Shown: positions 19,108 through 28,386, counted from the stretch's first letter. The stretch is 54,273 nucleotides of DNA from an uncultured virus (IMG/VR IMGVR_UViG_3300017613_001373) (IMGVR_UViG_3300017613_001373), one strand, 5' to 3'. Translations and numbers: made by a program. Notes: generated by a model not told the origin, from the sequence alone.

Positions 19108-19695
19108 ATGAAAGATTCAAGTAAAATACTATTAAAAGAGTTTTACGAAAAACATCCTATTATCTATTCGCAAGACTGGATGGATCAACGTCAGGTAATC
19201 ACCTTTATGGGTAATAATTACGATACAAATCGTATGTTCCTATGGCGGCATCAAAGAAAAGAGGAACCAATAACAACGCTTACCTTGTGTCCTAATGATA
19301 CAGGGAAAAACGCAAAGATATTATACTTGCGTAAAGAAGTTGAAGACCTTGTTAAAAAAATTGCAATAAAAAACGGTAAATATAACGCTCTTGAGTTTGA
19401 AAAAAAGAAACTCACAGCAGTAAAATATTATGTTTCTACAAAAGATTTTATCCCTACCTGTTGGATGTTTAAACTATCAGAGGGATATTTCAAAAAACGT
19501 ATGAAATATTATTTAACAAGTAAATTGGATCATCAGATAATAAAATCAAAGAAAGTATTTAATATGGATTGGTATAATGTCAAAGACATTGTATATTACA
19601 TCATCGAAGGGAATTCAATACCTATGAGAACGGAAATAACAAATATCGGATTAGGAATTAATGTACACGAATTACAAAAACTTGTTGACAAATAG
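19108..19695 (+). CDS. Basic, putative DNA-binding protein (repeated excisionase/MerR-like HTH)
   Basis: K-rich; WMDQRQV...LYLRKEVEDL and YVSTKD...WYNVKDI repeats. Confidence 0.45.
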   Translation: MKDSSKILLKEFYEKHPIIYSQDWMDQRQVITFMGNNYDTNRMFLWRHQRKEEPITTLTLCPNDTGKNAKILYLRKEVEDLVKKIAIKNGKYNALEFEKKKLTAVKYYVSTKDFIPTCWMFKLSEGYFKKRMKYYLTSKLDHQIIKSKKVFNMDWYNVKDIVYYIIEGNSIPMRTEITNIGLGINVHELQKLVDK

Positions 19696-19771
19696 TACAA
19701 ATGTACTGTTGACAAGTGTTGGGTATAATAATATACTATTAGAGATACTAATGATTAAAGGAGAATAAAAT

Positions 19772-20047
19772 ATGGATGTGTTTTTAGCAGTTTTGGGCGT
19801 TACCATCATGCTTATTGGGAGTGTTATAGTATTCACTTCAATGGAACATGAATACTTCGGTGTTGGGGCTATTATGATGGTAGTTGGTTTACTAATTTCA
19901 ATCGTAGTGACTTTTATTCATGATACAAATTTGCCAGATTATCAAAGTACCTGTTTCATCAATGGGGAAACAGTATATATGGAAACTTCGTCACAACTGC
20001 CTGATTTTACGAAATACGACAAGTGTACAATTAAAACGCTTTATTAA
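19772..20047 (+). CDS. Two-TM membrane protein
   Basis: Two hydrophobic helices; AAGGAG RBS. Confidence 0.7.
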   Translation: MDVFLAVLGVTIMLIGSVIVFTSMEHEYFGVGAIMMVVGLLISIVVTFIHDTNLPDYQSTCFINGETVYMETSSQLPDFTKYDKCTIKTLY

Positions 20048-20056
20048 AGGAGAACT

Positions 20057-20572
20057 ATGAGAAAATCATCGTTTAATGACTATGTACCACAAAAGAAATT
20101 GGTCGAAATGTTGGCTATAAACACATATGGTTTCAACAAGAAATACAAAAAACATTTACCAGAACCAATACGGTTAACAAATAATCGTATCCCTATTTAT
20201 AAATTACAAGATATTAGTGATTTCCACGAGAGTGTTGGACAAGACTTCACAGCGTATGAAAAAGCATTGCGATATTACCGTAGTGAAATGTCGCAACTTG
20301 ATACTGGATTTGATGATTATGTTACGGTGAATCAAGCCTTAGATATTGTTCCTTTTAAGAAACAATCTTTGAGTCAAGGTTCACAGATTGGTATTATTTC
20401 AAAAATTAATGTATGGAATGTTGACTTCTACCATCGTGCATCCCTAAAAGAATGGGTAATGGATAATGAACGCCTAGACCGTATTCGTGAAGGGTGGGAG
20501 CAAGGTACAAGTCCTGTACATGCAAAATATAAAACGTATGGGCAATGGCTGAAAGCTATGAGAAAATGGTAG
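20057..20572 (+). CDS. Putative DNA-binding protein (two HTH_17/MerR-like repeats)
   Basis: YVPQKKLVEML...IYKLQDI and YVTVNQALDIV...FYHRASL repeats; AAGGAG RBS. Confidence 0.5.
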   Translation: MRKSSFNDYVPQKKLVEMLAINTYGFNKKYKKHLPEPIRLTNNRIPIYKLQDISDFHESVGQDFTAYEKALRYYRSEMSQLDTGFDDYVTVNQALDIVPFKKQSLSQGSQIGIISKINVWNVDFYHRASLKEWVMDNERLDRIREGWEQGTSPVHAKYKTYGQWLKAMRKW

Positions 20573-20654
20573 GACTGATGTACTATTTACAGGATTGTAA
20601 AATTCTGCAATAATATATCTATTGAAGTTGACAAGAGGACAAAAGAGGTAAAAA

Positions 20655-20867
20655 ATGAAATTTAAAATTTTAATCATTGATGAACGTGACAATGTTAGAG
20701 AGGTCGAGGGATATTCTGTCCCTCAAATCGGATCGAGAATTGATATGGGCTATTCACCTCTTTGTGCAGTGAAATATGTGATAATGTATCCAACACCACA
20801 AACGATGGATACATTATCACGATTTGGTGTAACTGGTGAATATGAAGCAATTGTAAGTTGTGGGTAA
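20655..20867 (+). CDS. Hypothetical protein
   Basis: GAGGT RBS; class A promoter. Confidence 0.65.
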   Translation: MKFKILIIDERDNVREVEGYSVPQIGSRIDMGYSPLCAVKYVIMYPTPQTMDTLSRFGVTGEYEAIVSCG

Positions 20868-20877
20868 GGAGAAAGAA

Positions 20878-21162
20878 ATGAATAAACCAGATTTGAAAGA
20901 TGTACAAGAATTGATTAAAATCAAAGAACAAATTGTAGCGTTATATGCAGAGCAAGATGAATTGCTCAAAACGCTATTTGAAAAACATGGTGAAGGACGT
21001 TCTGATTATGCAGTTGATGACGCTGAACACCCGTATTTAAAGTTTGTGATCATTGATGTTATGCGTCAATTACAAGCAGGTGAGACGGTATGGAAAAGCA
21101 CCGCTGTAAAAGGTTTAACATTTGAGTCACGAGCATTGAAACGTAAACCAAAAGGATTATAG
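20878..21162 (+). CDS. Hypothetical protein
   Basis: TAAGGAG RBS before ATG 20878. Confidence 0.7.
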   Translation: MNKPDLKDVQELIKIKEQIVALYAEQDELLKTLFEKHGEGRSDYAVDDAEHPYLKFVIIDVMRQLQAGETVWKSTAVKGLTFESRALKRKPKGL

Positions 21163-21236
21163 TAAATTGGAATGGGGTTTTAAATATTCTTTAGTAGCTA
21201 GAAACAACATTCATGCTTGTATGATAAAATACAGGC

Positions 21237-21980
21237 ATGAATGAAAACAAATTAGAAATTAAATATATACCACTTACACATATCGTTCCAACATATCAGA
21301 ATAGTAAACTGCATGACATTGGCGGCTTAATCGAGTCGATTTTTCAATACGGTTTTAAAGTTCCTATTTCAGTTCAATCTGTGATTGACTTTGAAACGCT
21401 TGATAGTCACTATTTAGAAATGTTGAATAATGGTGAAGAAATTTATGCGTTATTAGCGGGTAATGGTCGTTGTGAAGCTGTTACGGAAATAAACAAATTG
21501 GTTAATCGTGGCGATAAAGCATTGCCAGATGGTTTAATCATAAAAGATGGTCTTATATCCATACCCGCTGTACTTGGTATGGATTTAGAAACAGTTGAAT
21601 TATTTGAATCGTTTTCGTTAGATGATAACTTAATACCACTATCAGCATCAAACATGACACCGTTAGAGATGTCTCAACTGTTTGATGCTGATGATTTTCT
21701 AGCAATGTTAAAGCGGAATATCAACACCGTTCAATCAATTGACGGATCAGATTTGGACTTATTGTTAGAACTTCACAAATCTGATATGGAAGAACCGTTA
21801 GAATTTGATGAACCAGAACCACCAATAGATGATAAACCAAAATCCTATGCATATAGTGTCAGGTTCGACACAGAGATCGATTTGCAAGATTTCAAGCAAT
21901 ATCTGGTAGACAAGCGTGAAGAGTATCCATCAAATACAAATGACGCTTTTATTATCCTGGATGCAATCGGACTGGTTTAG
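21237..21980 (+). CDS. ParB/Srx N-terminal domain protein (leaderless)
   Basis: IKYIPL..I.P...N.K.HD...LIESI..YGF..PI...LLAGNGR; TAAAAT-N6-ATG. Confidence 0.75.
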   Translation: MNENKLEIKYIPLTHIVPTYQNSKLHDIGGLIESIFQYGFKVPISVQSVIDFETLDSHYLEMLNNGEEIYALLAGNGRCEAVTEINKLVNRGDKALPDGLIIKDGLISIPAVLGMDLETVELFESFSLDDNLIPLSASNMTPLEMSQLFDADDFLAMLKRNINTVQSIDGSDLDLLLELHKSDMEEPLEFDEPEPPIDDKPKSYAYSVRFDTEIDLQDFKQYLVDKREEYPSNTNDAFIILDAIGLV

Positions 21981-22063
21981 TACCAATATCCTATTGTAAA
22001 ATGAAAAATATGCGGGTATAATTACATTATATTATTAATTAGTTAAATCAAAGGAGAAACAAA

Positions 22064-22294
22064 ATGAGTACAAAACCAGTATATACAGAACGAATTTATA
22101 TTGAACGTACAACTAGTCCTGAGTCACATCTTTTAAGACTTTACATCAACAAAGAAGATCATTCGTTGATCGAAGACTTCGGATTTATTGATAAACTTAA
22201 TGGAAATCTTGTCCATTTACATGTGGATAAACGTCTTGATATCAATAATGTTATTAAACATATTCAGAGTTTTAATGATGAGGTGTCAAGCTAG
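22064..22294 (+). CDS. Hypothetical protein
   Basis: AAGGAG RBS; class A promoter. Confidence 0.7.
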   Translation: MSTKPVYTERIYIERTTSPESHLLRLYINKEDHSLIEDFGFIDKLNGNLVHLHVDKRLDINNVIKHIQSFNDEVSS

Positions 22295-22384
22295 TACCAA
22301 AATACCATTGTCAATCGAATAAAACAATGATAAACTTCTTTCAGATTCAAATGGAAGAAGTTTTTCATTATAAGAGAGGTTATT

Positions 22385-22729
22385 ATGCAAGATTATAAAA
22401 CAAGAGCTTTTGTAAATTCAGACTATGTGAAACAAGGCCAAATGGTCGTGTTTCAAGTACGTGGTGAAAACTTTTTTGTAATGAAGGTGACGGATACTGA
22501 AATCGTTCTATTTGGAGAATGTGGTGTGATAACACATAAAAAAGGTGTAGGAATCTACTACACTATCGTTAAGGGCGATGTCGAGCCAATCAAAATGATG
22601 AATGTGAAATCTAACATTTCTCATTGGATCAAAAACGGTAAAAGTTTATGCGGTACGGTAGGTGCATTTAGCGAGATGACAAGTGCTGATACTGTGACAT
22701 GTGGACATTGTTTAAAAAATATGGAGTAA
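22385..22729 (+). CDS. Hypothetical protein with C-terminal H/C zinc finger
   Basis: SHW...LCG...TCGHC; GAGG RBS. Confidence 0.7.
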   Translation: MQDYKTRAFVNSDYVKQGQMVVFQVRGENFFVMKVTDTEIVLFGECGVITHKKGVGIYYTIVKGDVEPIKMMNVKSNISHWIKNGKSLCGTVGAFSEMTSADTVTCGHCLKNME

Positions 22730-22731
22730 TA

Positions 22732-23019
22732 ATGTATCAACTAATTTATGCAAAACGTAAATATTTTTATGGTCAGTGGGTTGGATGGACTACACATCAA
22801 TACACGTATGGTGATTTAAAATCGGTTCAAAAATCGTACTTAGATAGGCGAACTAAAGGCGTGAAGTGTTTTATGTCTACACCCACTATCACCAATACAT
22901 TGTTCACCCCTCTTTCTGAAAGAGTGTTTAGCGATGGGCAGATTGTGGGATGTAAAGATGAATTGGTTCGTTTGAACTTACATGATGTATTAAATGAATT
23001 AGGTACGGATTTTCTATAA
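22732..23019 (+). CDS. Hypothetical protein
   Basis: GGAG RBS before ATG 22732. Confidence 0.65.
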   Translation: MYQLIYAKRKYFYGQWVGWTTHQYTYGDLKSVQKSYLDRRTKGVKCFMSTPTITNTLFTPLSERVFSDGQIVGCKDELVRLNLHDVLNELGTDFL

Positions 23020-23036
23020 AGTAAAAGGAGTTTACA

Positions 23037-23255
23037 ATGAGTAAGATTAACGTAAATACAGCAAATTATTTGCAAATGGAAAAATGGATTGAAGAAGGTT
23101 CGGCGAGTATTAACGATTTGATTGAATATGGTCAACTAAGACGTTTATATCAGTCTGAGGATGATAATTATGCTATGGGAATGTTACATGCTATGTTGGG
23201 ATTGGCACGTTTGATGGGACAGGTAGAGACTGAAAACGCACAGGTGGATAGTTAA
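23037..23255 (+). CDS. Hypothetical protein
   Basis: AAGGAG RBS. Confidence 0.65.
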   Translation: MSKINVNTANYLQMEKWIEEGSASINDLIEYGQLRRLYQSEDDNYAMGMLHAMLGLARLMGQVETENAQVDS

Positions 23256-24295
23256 TGAAAGTTAATAAAAAGGAATTAGTGACTGCTCTGAAACATTTTA
23301 GTTTTATCAAGGCTAAAATGATCCCGATGTCAAACGCGAATATCCGTATGACGCTGGAAAATGGTGTTTTAACGCTATTGGGGCATGATTTATACAATAG
23401 TGTAGAAGTAACACTAAATGGTATTGAGGGTGAAAACTTTGATCGCATTGTGGCATATACAAAGTTCAAATCGTTATTGAACACTCATCGGGAAGATGTC
23501 ACTATTACATTTGATGAAACATACTGTACAATAAGCTCTGCGAAGATTAATAATAAATTGGTAGTAGGACAAGGCAAATTCCAAAATAAGCCGTTACAGC
23601 AAGGAAAACAAACCTTAGAGATGGAATCTGAGGTATTGGTTACGGCAGTGAAAAAAGCTGTTGTCGCATCGTCTAAAATTGGTGGTAGACCAGAACTTGA
23701 GGCGATTCTATTTTCAGATGCTATTGTGGGTTGTAACACCTACCTTACGGCAATCAGTGAGATAGATGCGGGTTTGGATTTCTTGTTGGGGCAAACATCT
23801 GTTAATCTGATTAAGAACCTTAAAGGCGATGTTTCAATTTCTTCTGATGATATATATGTAACATTTGAAACTGAAACACACACATTGTTTTGTCGAAGAC
23901 TAGCAATAGGTTACGTGCCATATACAACCATGATAGCGGATAATGTAAAAGCCGCTGTGAATGTTGATTCATCATTGCTGATTGACATGTTGAAAAACTG
24001 TAAAGCAAATAATGATGAAAAAGTCACCATTCGTATCGGTAACACATTGGTTTTGACATCATTTGGACGTAGTGGTTCTAGTGATATTAAAATTACTACA
24101 GAACTTGATCCAGAGCTATCAATGAGTGGCTCGTATTCTATCAATGTGTCACCTGTGGATATATTATCAGGTATTGGCGCAATGAAGAAAAGTAAAAGAA
24201 TTGGTTTTGAAATGGGTATCAACACTACTCATAGAAAAAAGTCAATTATTATTTTTGATGATGGTGGCACGTTTAATATTGTTGAGAAGCGTTAA
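23255..24295 (+). CDS. dnaN: DNA polymerase III beta sliding clamp-like protein
   Basis: 346 aa; MKVNKKEL..AL, LTL.G.DL, A.S....RPEL.AI, L.CRRL...YVPY..MI; three-domain length typical of DnaN. Confidence 0.75.
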   Translation: MKVNKKELVTALKHFSFIKAKMIPMSNANIRMTLENGVLTLLGHDLYNSVEVTLNGIEGENFDRIVAYTKFKSLLNTHREDVTITFDETYCTISSAKINNKLVVGQGKFQNKPLQQGKQTLEMESEVLVTAVKKAVVASSKIGGRPELEAILFSDAIVGCNTYLTAISEIDAGLDFLLGQTSVNLIKNLKGDVSISSDDIYVTFETETHTLFCRRLAIGYVPYTTMIADNVKAAVNVDSSLLIDMLKNCKANNDEKVTIRIGNTLVLTSFGRSGSSDIKITTELDPELSMSGSYSINVSPVDILSGIGAMKKSKRIGFEMGINTTHRKKSIIIFDDGGTFNIVEKR

Positions 24296-24322
24296 AAATT
24301 GCAGAGTGTTATAATTGTAATT

Positions 24323-24559
24323 ATGACTAATTTAACTATTAACTATCTGAAAACAGGTGATAAATTCGTATTAGAAAACATCATTTATAAAAAATTACAA
24401 TTACGACGTTCTGCAAAAAGTGGTCGCACAAATGCTCAAAATTTAGCGACGAAACAGAAACGCTTTATTGCAGATGGTGTGATATTGACACCATTGACGG
24501 AAGGTTACTTAAATCGTATCACCCCAATTCAATGTCGTTATATCCCTAACCAAAGGTAA
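24323..24559 (+). CDS. Basic hypothetical protein (leaderless)
   Basis: TATAAT(24310)-N7-ATG(24323). Confidence 0.6.
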   Translation: MTNLTINYLKTGDKFVLENIIYKKLQLRRSAKSGRTNAQNLATKQKRFIADGVILTPLTEGYLNRITPIQCRYIPNQR

Positions 24560-24762
24560 ACAGAGTTTACACATGTCCCGATTGTCGTGGTGATGGGGAG
24601 TACTATAATATTGGATGGTGGTATGACTGCCCTTATTGTGATTGTGATGGTTGTTGCTACTGTGATTGGTACGGAGCAATTTATCATAATGGTTATTGGG
24701 AGACATGTTTCAACTGTAAAGGGCATGGTGACATTTGTGTTGGCTGGTTTTTTACAAGGTGA
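24550..24762 (+). pseudogene. DnaJ-type Cys-rich zinc-finger frame with no start codon, in the -1 frame of the upstream gene
   Basis: PKVNRVYTCPDCRGDGEYYNIGWWYDCPYCDCDGCCYCDWYG...TCFNCKGHG. Confidence 0.55.
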
Positions 24763-24911
24763 TTTTAATATCTCAATCATGTCGAAGATTGATATTGAGG
24801 AATAAATTAGAAGTGTTGACAATATAGTACTAATATCCCATAGTCAATTGTAAAAAATTACAATATACTCCCTTTATCTTATTAACGAAGCGGAGAATTT
24901 ATTGAGGAACA

Positions 24912-25160
24912 ATGGGAGCAAGAATTATGCGTGGAGACAAATATGTATACAATGAGGATGGTATCAAAGTTGGTATGGAATTCGACGGTGATGGTCGTGT
25001 GGTTTTAATTTTCGGCCTCATAGATAATCGTGAAGTATTGATCATCACAGAACAGAATGGTGAATTTAAAGTTGACATGATTGCTGGAATCCCTTTCGAT
25101 CTGGTTAAAATGCGTCGCTACATTACTTGTTATGATGCGGCATTGTCAATGATTGAATAA
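24912..25160 (+). CDS. Hypothetical protein
   Basis: GAGGA RBS. Confidence 0.65.
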   Translation: MGARIMRGDKYVYNEDGIKVGMEFDGDGRVVLIFGLIDNREVLIITEQNGEFKVDMIAGIPFDLVKMRRYITCYDAALSMIE

Positions 25161-25174
25161 TAAAGGAGGAAAAT

Positions 25175-25603
25175 ATGAATTATTTAGAAGAACTTATTCA
25201 AGGGAAGGGTTCTACAATTGAAGTAATGGCAGGTGGATATGAACACAAAAGTATCTCGAAAGTTGTCATATGTAAGGACGGTACACAACTGAGTGTGCAA
25301 GGTAGTACTACTCACTATTCATCACCAAGAAATAATCATGGTGTATATTATGAGATGGAAGTGGGTTTTCCAACTGTTGCACCACCTGAAACATGGGCTA
25401 AACATTTTGACGGAGATTGGGAATCAGGAGATCTCACAGGTAGTGTATATGGTTATGTCCCTGTAGAATTAATTCGAGAATTTGTTGAGTTACATGGCGG
25501 TATTGAAACCTCTGGCGAGACATGGAATTGTCATTACTGTCTTGGTACGAATGATACAGATGATGTTTGTATATCTTGTGGTAATGCGAAAACAGTGTTG
25601 TGA
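25175..25603 (+). CDS. Phage hypothetical protein with C-terminal zinc ribbon
   Basis: CKDG..LSVQ...HYSSPR...EVGFP...VYGYVP...HGG; WNCHYC...CISCG; AAGGAGG RBS. Confidence 0.75.
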   Translation: MNYLEELIQGKGSTIEVMAGGYEHKSISKVVICKDGTQLSVQGSTTHYSSPRNNHGVYYEMEVGFPTVAPPETWAKHFDGDWESGDLTGSVYGYVPVELIREFVELHGGIETSGETWNCHYCLGTNDTDDVCISCGNAKTVL

Positions 25604-25658
25604 TTTTGTAAAGTTTATTAAACCCTTGACTTATTTCAACAAATTGCTATAATACTTT

Positions 25659-25757
25659 GTGTGGCACGAGTTAACAACCAAATATTTGCACTAATCCTCA
25701 TATTTCTCCCCGCTTTATCTAATCATTTTGCATCCGAGATATGGGGATTTTTGTTTT
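25659..25757 (+). ncRNA. Candidate ~100-nt terminated small RNA with an antisense loop
   Basis: TTGACT(25626)/TGcTATAAT(25648); 14-bp stem AATCCTCATATTTC/GAGATATGGGGATT followed by T tract. Confidence 0.6.
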
Positions 25758-25809
25758 ATAATAACATCGTTTGAGTTGACACCATTCGCTCTTATGTTAT
25801 ACTATGTAC

Positions 25810-26350
25810 ATGATTAGATACAAACAACTTGTAATAAAAATAATAAAAATTTGACCTAATCCGAATAATAATCGGATTATGGCCTCATGTTGCCAGACCG
25901 ATTTATATAAGGTGTAAAAACCAAGCCGAGTGTAAAAACTCAATAGGTTCTGTAAACTGCAAATCAACCAAGCCATAAAACATGAGATAAAGCAGGTTAA
26001 AAGCGTCGCCTAAGACTATCAAACAGGTTATAGCGATGTGATAACCCAGTATCCTCACGAATTTCCCTGAGAAACCGCCCGTCCTAGTGAAAGTAAAATT
26101 TCAGGTGGAGTATGGAAACTGAATGTACAATAGTGGCTATTTTTCCGTGTAAGAACGGGTTGACAATGAATATAGTCGCGTATTCAGTGGTGATAAAGCT
26201 AGACCGTGACACCAAACCATTCCATAAATTGTGTTTTCAACCCCAATTCAACGACGAATTTATACAAACGTTAATGAATCACACATTTCATCCTTCCAAT
26301 AATAATTATATTATCAGATTATTATTGTGATGGGTGGAGTGTGTCTTTTT
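25810..26350 (+). ncRNA. Candidate large structured RNA preceded by a 14-codon leaderless ORF
   Basis: TTGACA(25776)/TATACT(25798); many complementary stems; terminal hairpin 26281-26344 plus T tract; no credible long ORF. Confidence 0.55.
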
Positions 26351-26489
26351 CCACAACTTCTAAAATTACCAAACGTTAAAGAGAAAACAAAGTTAGAAAA
26401 ACAGTACTAAAGACCTATTGTTAAAACACAGATGATAATCTATACTATATTCAGTTGGAACAAACATTTAATAAAAAAAACGGAGAATA

Positions 26490-26792
26490 ATGATGGGTGA
26501 AATTGAACAATTAATACTAATTAGTTTAACCGAAGATGATGGTTTTCACAGCGAACCTTTAATACCGTTAGAAATTACGGTAACACCAGATGATATGTTT
26601 TATGAAGTGACAATGGTGATTTCACGGTTTAGTGGATTTATGTTAGAATCCCTCAAGCACACTTTTGACATATTCCGTGTTGGGGATCATGAACTAATAT
26701 TGAATACACAGAATTACGGTGTATATCCCAACGGAGAATATGTTAAAGTTGTTTTGATTTTGACAGTTAATGATGAACATGTAGATGGATAA
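26490..26792 (+). CDS. Hypothetical protein
   Basis: CGGAG RBS; class A promoter. Confidence 0.65.
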   Translation: MMGEIEQLILISLTEDDGFHSEPLIPLEITVTPDDMFYEVTMVISRFSGFMLESLKHTFDIFRVGDHELILNTQNYGVYPNGEYVKVVLILTVNDEHVDG

Positions 26793-26870
26793 TCCTGAAA
26801 TTACCATGTTTATAATATGTCTATTGAATATTCAGTTGGAACAAACATTTAATAAAAAAAACGGAGTGAC

Positions 26871-27374
26871 ATGATACAATTCGGAAAAAATCAATCAGAA
26901 AGATATAGTAGATGGGAAGATATTAAATTTGGTCGTCAACAAGCGAATGAAGACGAACAAAAATTGATGGATTTAGTTAAACAAGGATTAGATAACGGTA
27001 TTTTTTATCAAGATGATTTGTTCAACTATGTCAAAGATCATGCTGATTTTATTCCAATTGACGCATATTCATTAAACAACAATACTAAAAACGGTGTTGT
27101 TGGAACGCATGTATATTGTGCTAGACAAGCAGTTGAAGAGATTAGAAAATATAGAATGAATAAATCAGCGGTATCAAGTTTACACATCGGTCAAGTATTG
27201 GGGACAATTTGTGTAAGGAATAAGCGTTATTTCAAAGCTCGTATTTTTGATATTGACGGTACTCTTGTGAAAATTGAGATGCAAACAGGGAAATATAGTT
27301 ATAAATATGAAATTGTTGCCAGTGAAGTTGAGATGCTTGTTGGAAGTGCTATTCGGCGTGGTTGGAGAAAATAG
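26871..27374 (+). CDS. Hypothetical protein
   Basis: CGGAG RBS. Confidence 0.75.
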   Translation: MIQFGKNQSERYSRWEDIKFGRQQANEDEQKLMDLVKQGLDNGIFYQDDLFNYVKDHADFIPIDAYSLNNNTKNGVVGTHVYCARQAVEEIRKYRMNKSAVSSLHIGQVLGTICVRNKRYFKARIFDIDGTLVKIEMQTGKYSYKYEIVASEVEMLVGSAIRRGWRK

Positions 27375-27453
27375 TACAAATTGGCTATTTCAGTATCTTA
27401 AAAATACTGTAAACTTATATTTATTGAAACATTAACCATACGGAGAGTAAAAA

Positions 27454-27675
27454 ATGAGCGACTTAATTTTTGGTAAAACTTGGGGACAAATTCAAGAAAT
27501 GCAACAAGGAACATGTCAAAAGAGTGTTGTGTCAGGTGAGATAAATAAACCAGTAGCGACAAAGGGCGATATTAAACTTCTCAAAGAACATGGTTTAGAC
27601 GGATTAAAAGAGATGCGTTTTGATGGTGTTATTGATCGTTTGAATACATCTGGGCTTTTATATGGGCTTTTATAA
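27454..27675 (+). CDS. Hypothetical protein
   Basis: ACGGAGAG RBS; class A promoter. Confidence 0.7.
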   Translation: MSDLIFGKTWGQIQEMQQGTCQKSVVSGEINKPVATKGDIKLLKEHGLDGLKEMRFDGVIDRLNTSGLLYGLL

Positions 27676-27983
27676 CTTGTGAAAACAACATTGGGTGGTG
27701 ATGGATATTATATGGATAGTCCTGAAATCACCATTGAAATAAGGTGTCCTGAATGTAAGCGGGTTAACATTTGTGATGGTATTTAAATAGTACTAATTTC
27801 CCATTGTGTCAAACACGAGTAACTGTATAATACTATTATTAAGTAAACGTATAAAGAAAAGACAAACGTAAGGAGTATGATGAACAAACTTTTTGAAGCG
27901 GTTGTAGACCATGAGGGTAAAGTCGTTAAGGTAGTATTACTTGTGTTGGTTGTTATTGCAGTATATTTTAATTTTTTCGCTTA

Positions 27984-28325
27984 ATGGGAGATAATATGAG
28001 AGATCACACAAACAGTATTAGAGGGTTTCACTGGTTAAATAAAGCATGGTCGTATGAAAACCGTCCTGATGATGAAATTGTATTCGGCATGTATGATGAG
28101 ATTGAGGGTGTTACAAGTGGTGAAATGAAGATGGAATGGGTTCGGATCGGTTCAACCCTTACACCTCAACTTCGTGCTTATGATGATTCTTGGAGTGCGC
28201 TATCTTTATTCAGCGATCTCATTCAAGAGATGGCAAAGGTTGATAATCAAGATATCACAGCAGAACGTTTTGTTAATATGTTACTAGAATGTGGTTTTAG
28301 AGATTTAACGAACTATAAACGTTAG
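27984..28325 (+). CDS. Hypothetical protein
   Basis: ORF in gene run; GGGAG RBS suggests the second Met as start. Confidence 0.7.
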   Translation: MGDNMRDHTNSIRGFHWLNKAWSYENRPDDEIVFGMYDEIEGVTSGEMKMEWVRIGSTLTPQLRAYDDSWSALSLFSDLIQEMAKVDNQDITAERFVNMLLECGFRDLTNYKR

Positions 28326-28386
28326 GACTTTTGTCCCATTGTAAAATTTTACAATTTTGTTAAGATATGTTTATTGAAACGAGATT

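Noticed and set aside
25636..25701. 21-codon minus-strand ORF MRISANIWLLTRATQSIIAIC with GGGGAG upstream, as a type I toxin opposite the small RNA
   Set aside because: No minus-strand promoter was identified and the peptide is not a convincing TM helix; the SD-like sequence is explained by the hairpin. Not fully excluded.
26112..26330. 72-aa ORF inside the structured region
   Set aside because: The RBS spacing is too short and it runs through several hairpins including the terminal one; more likely incidental.
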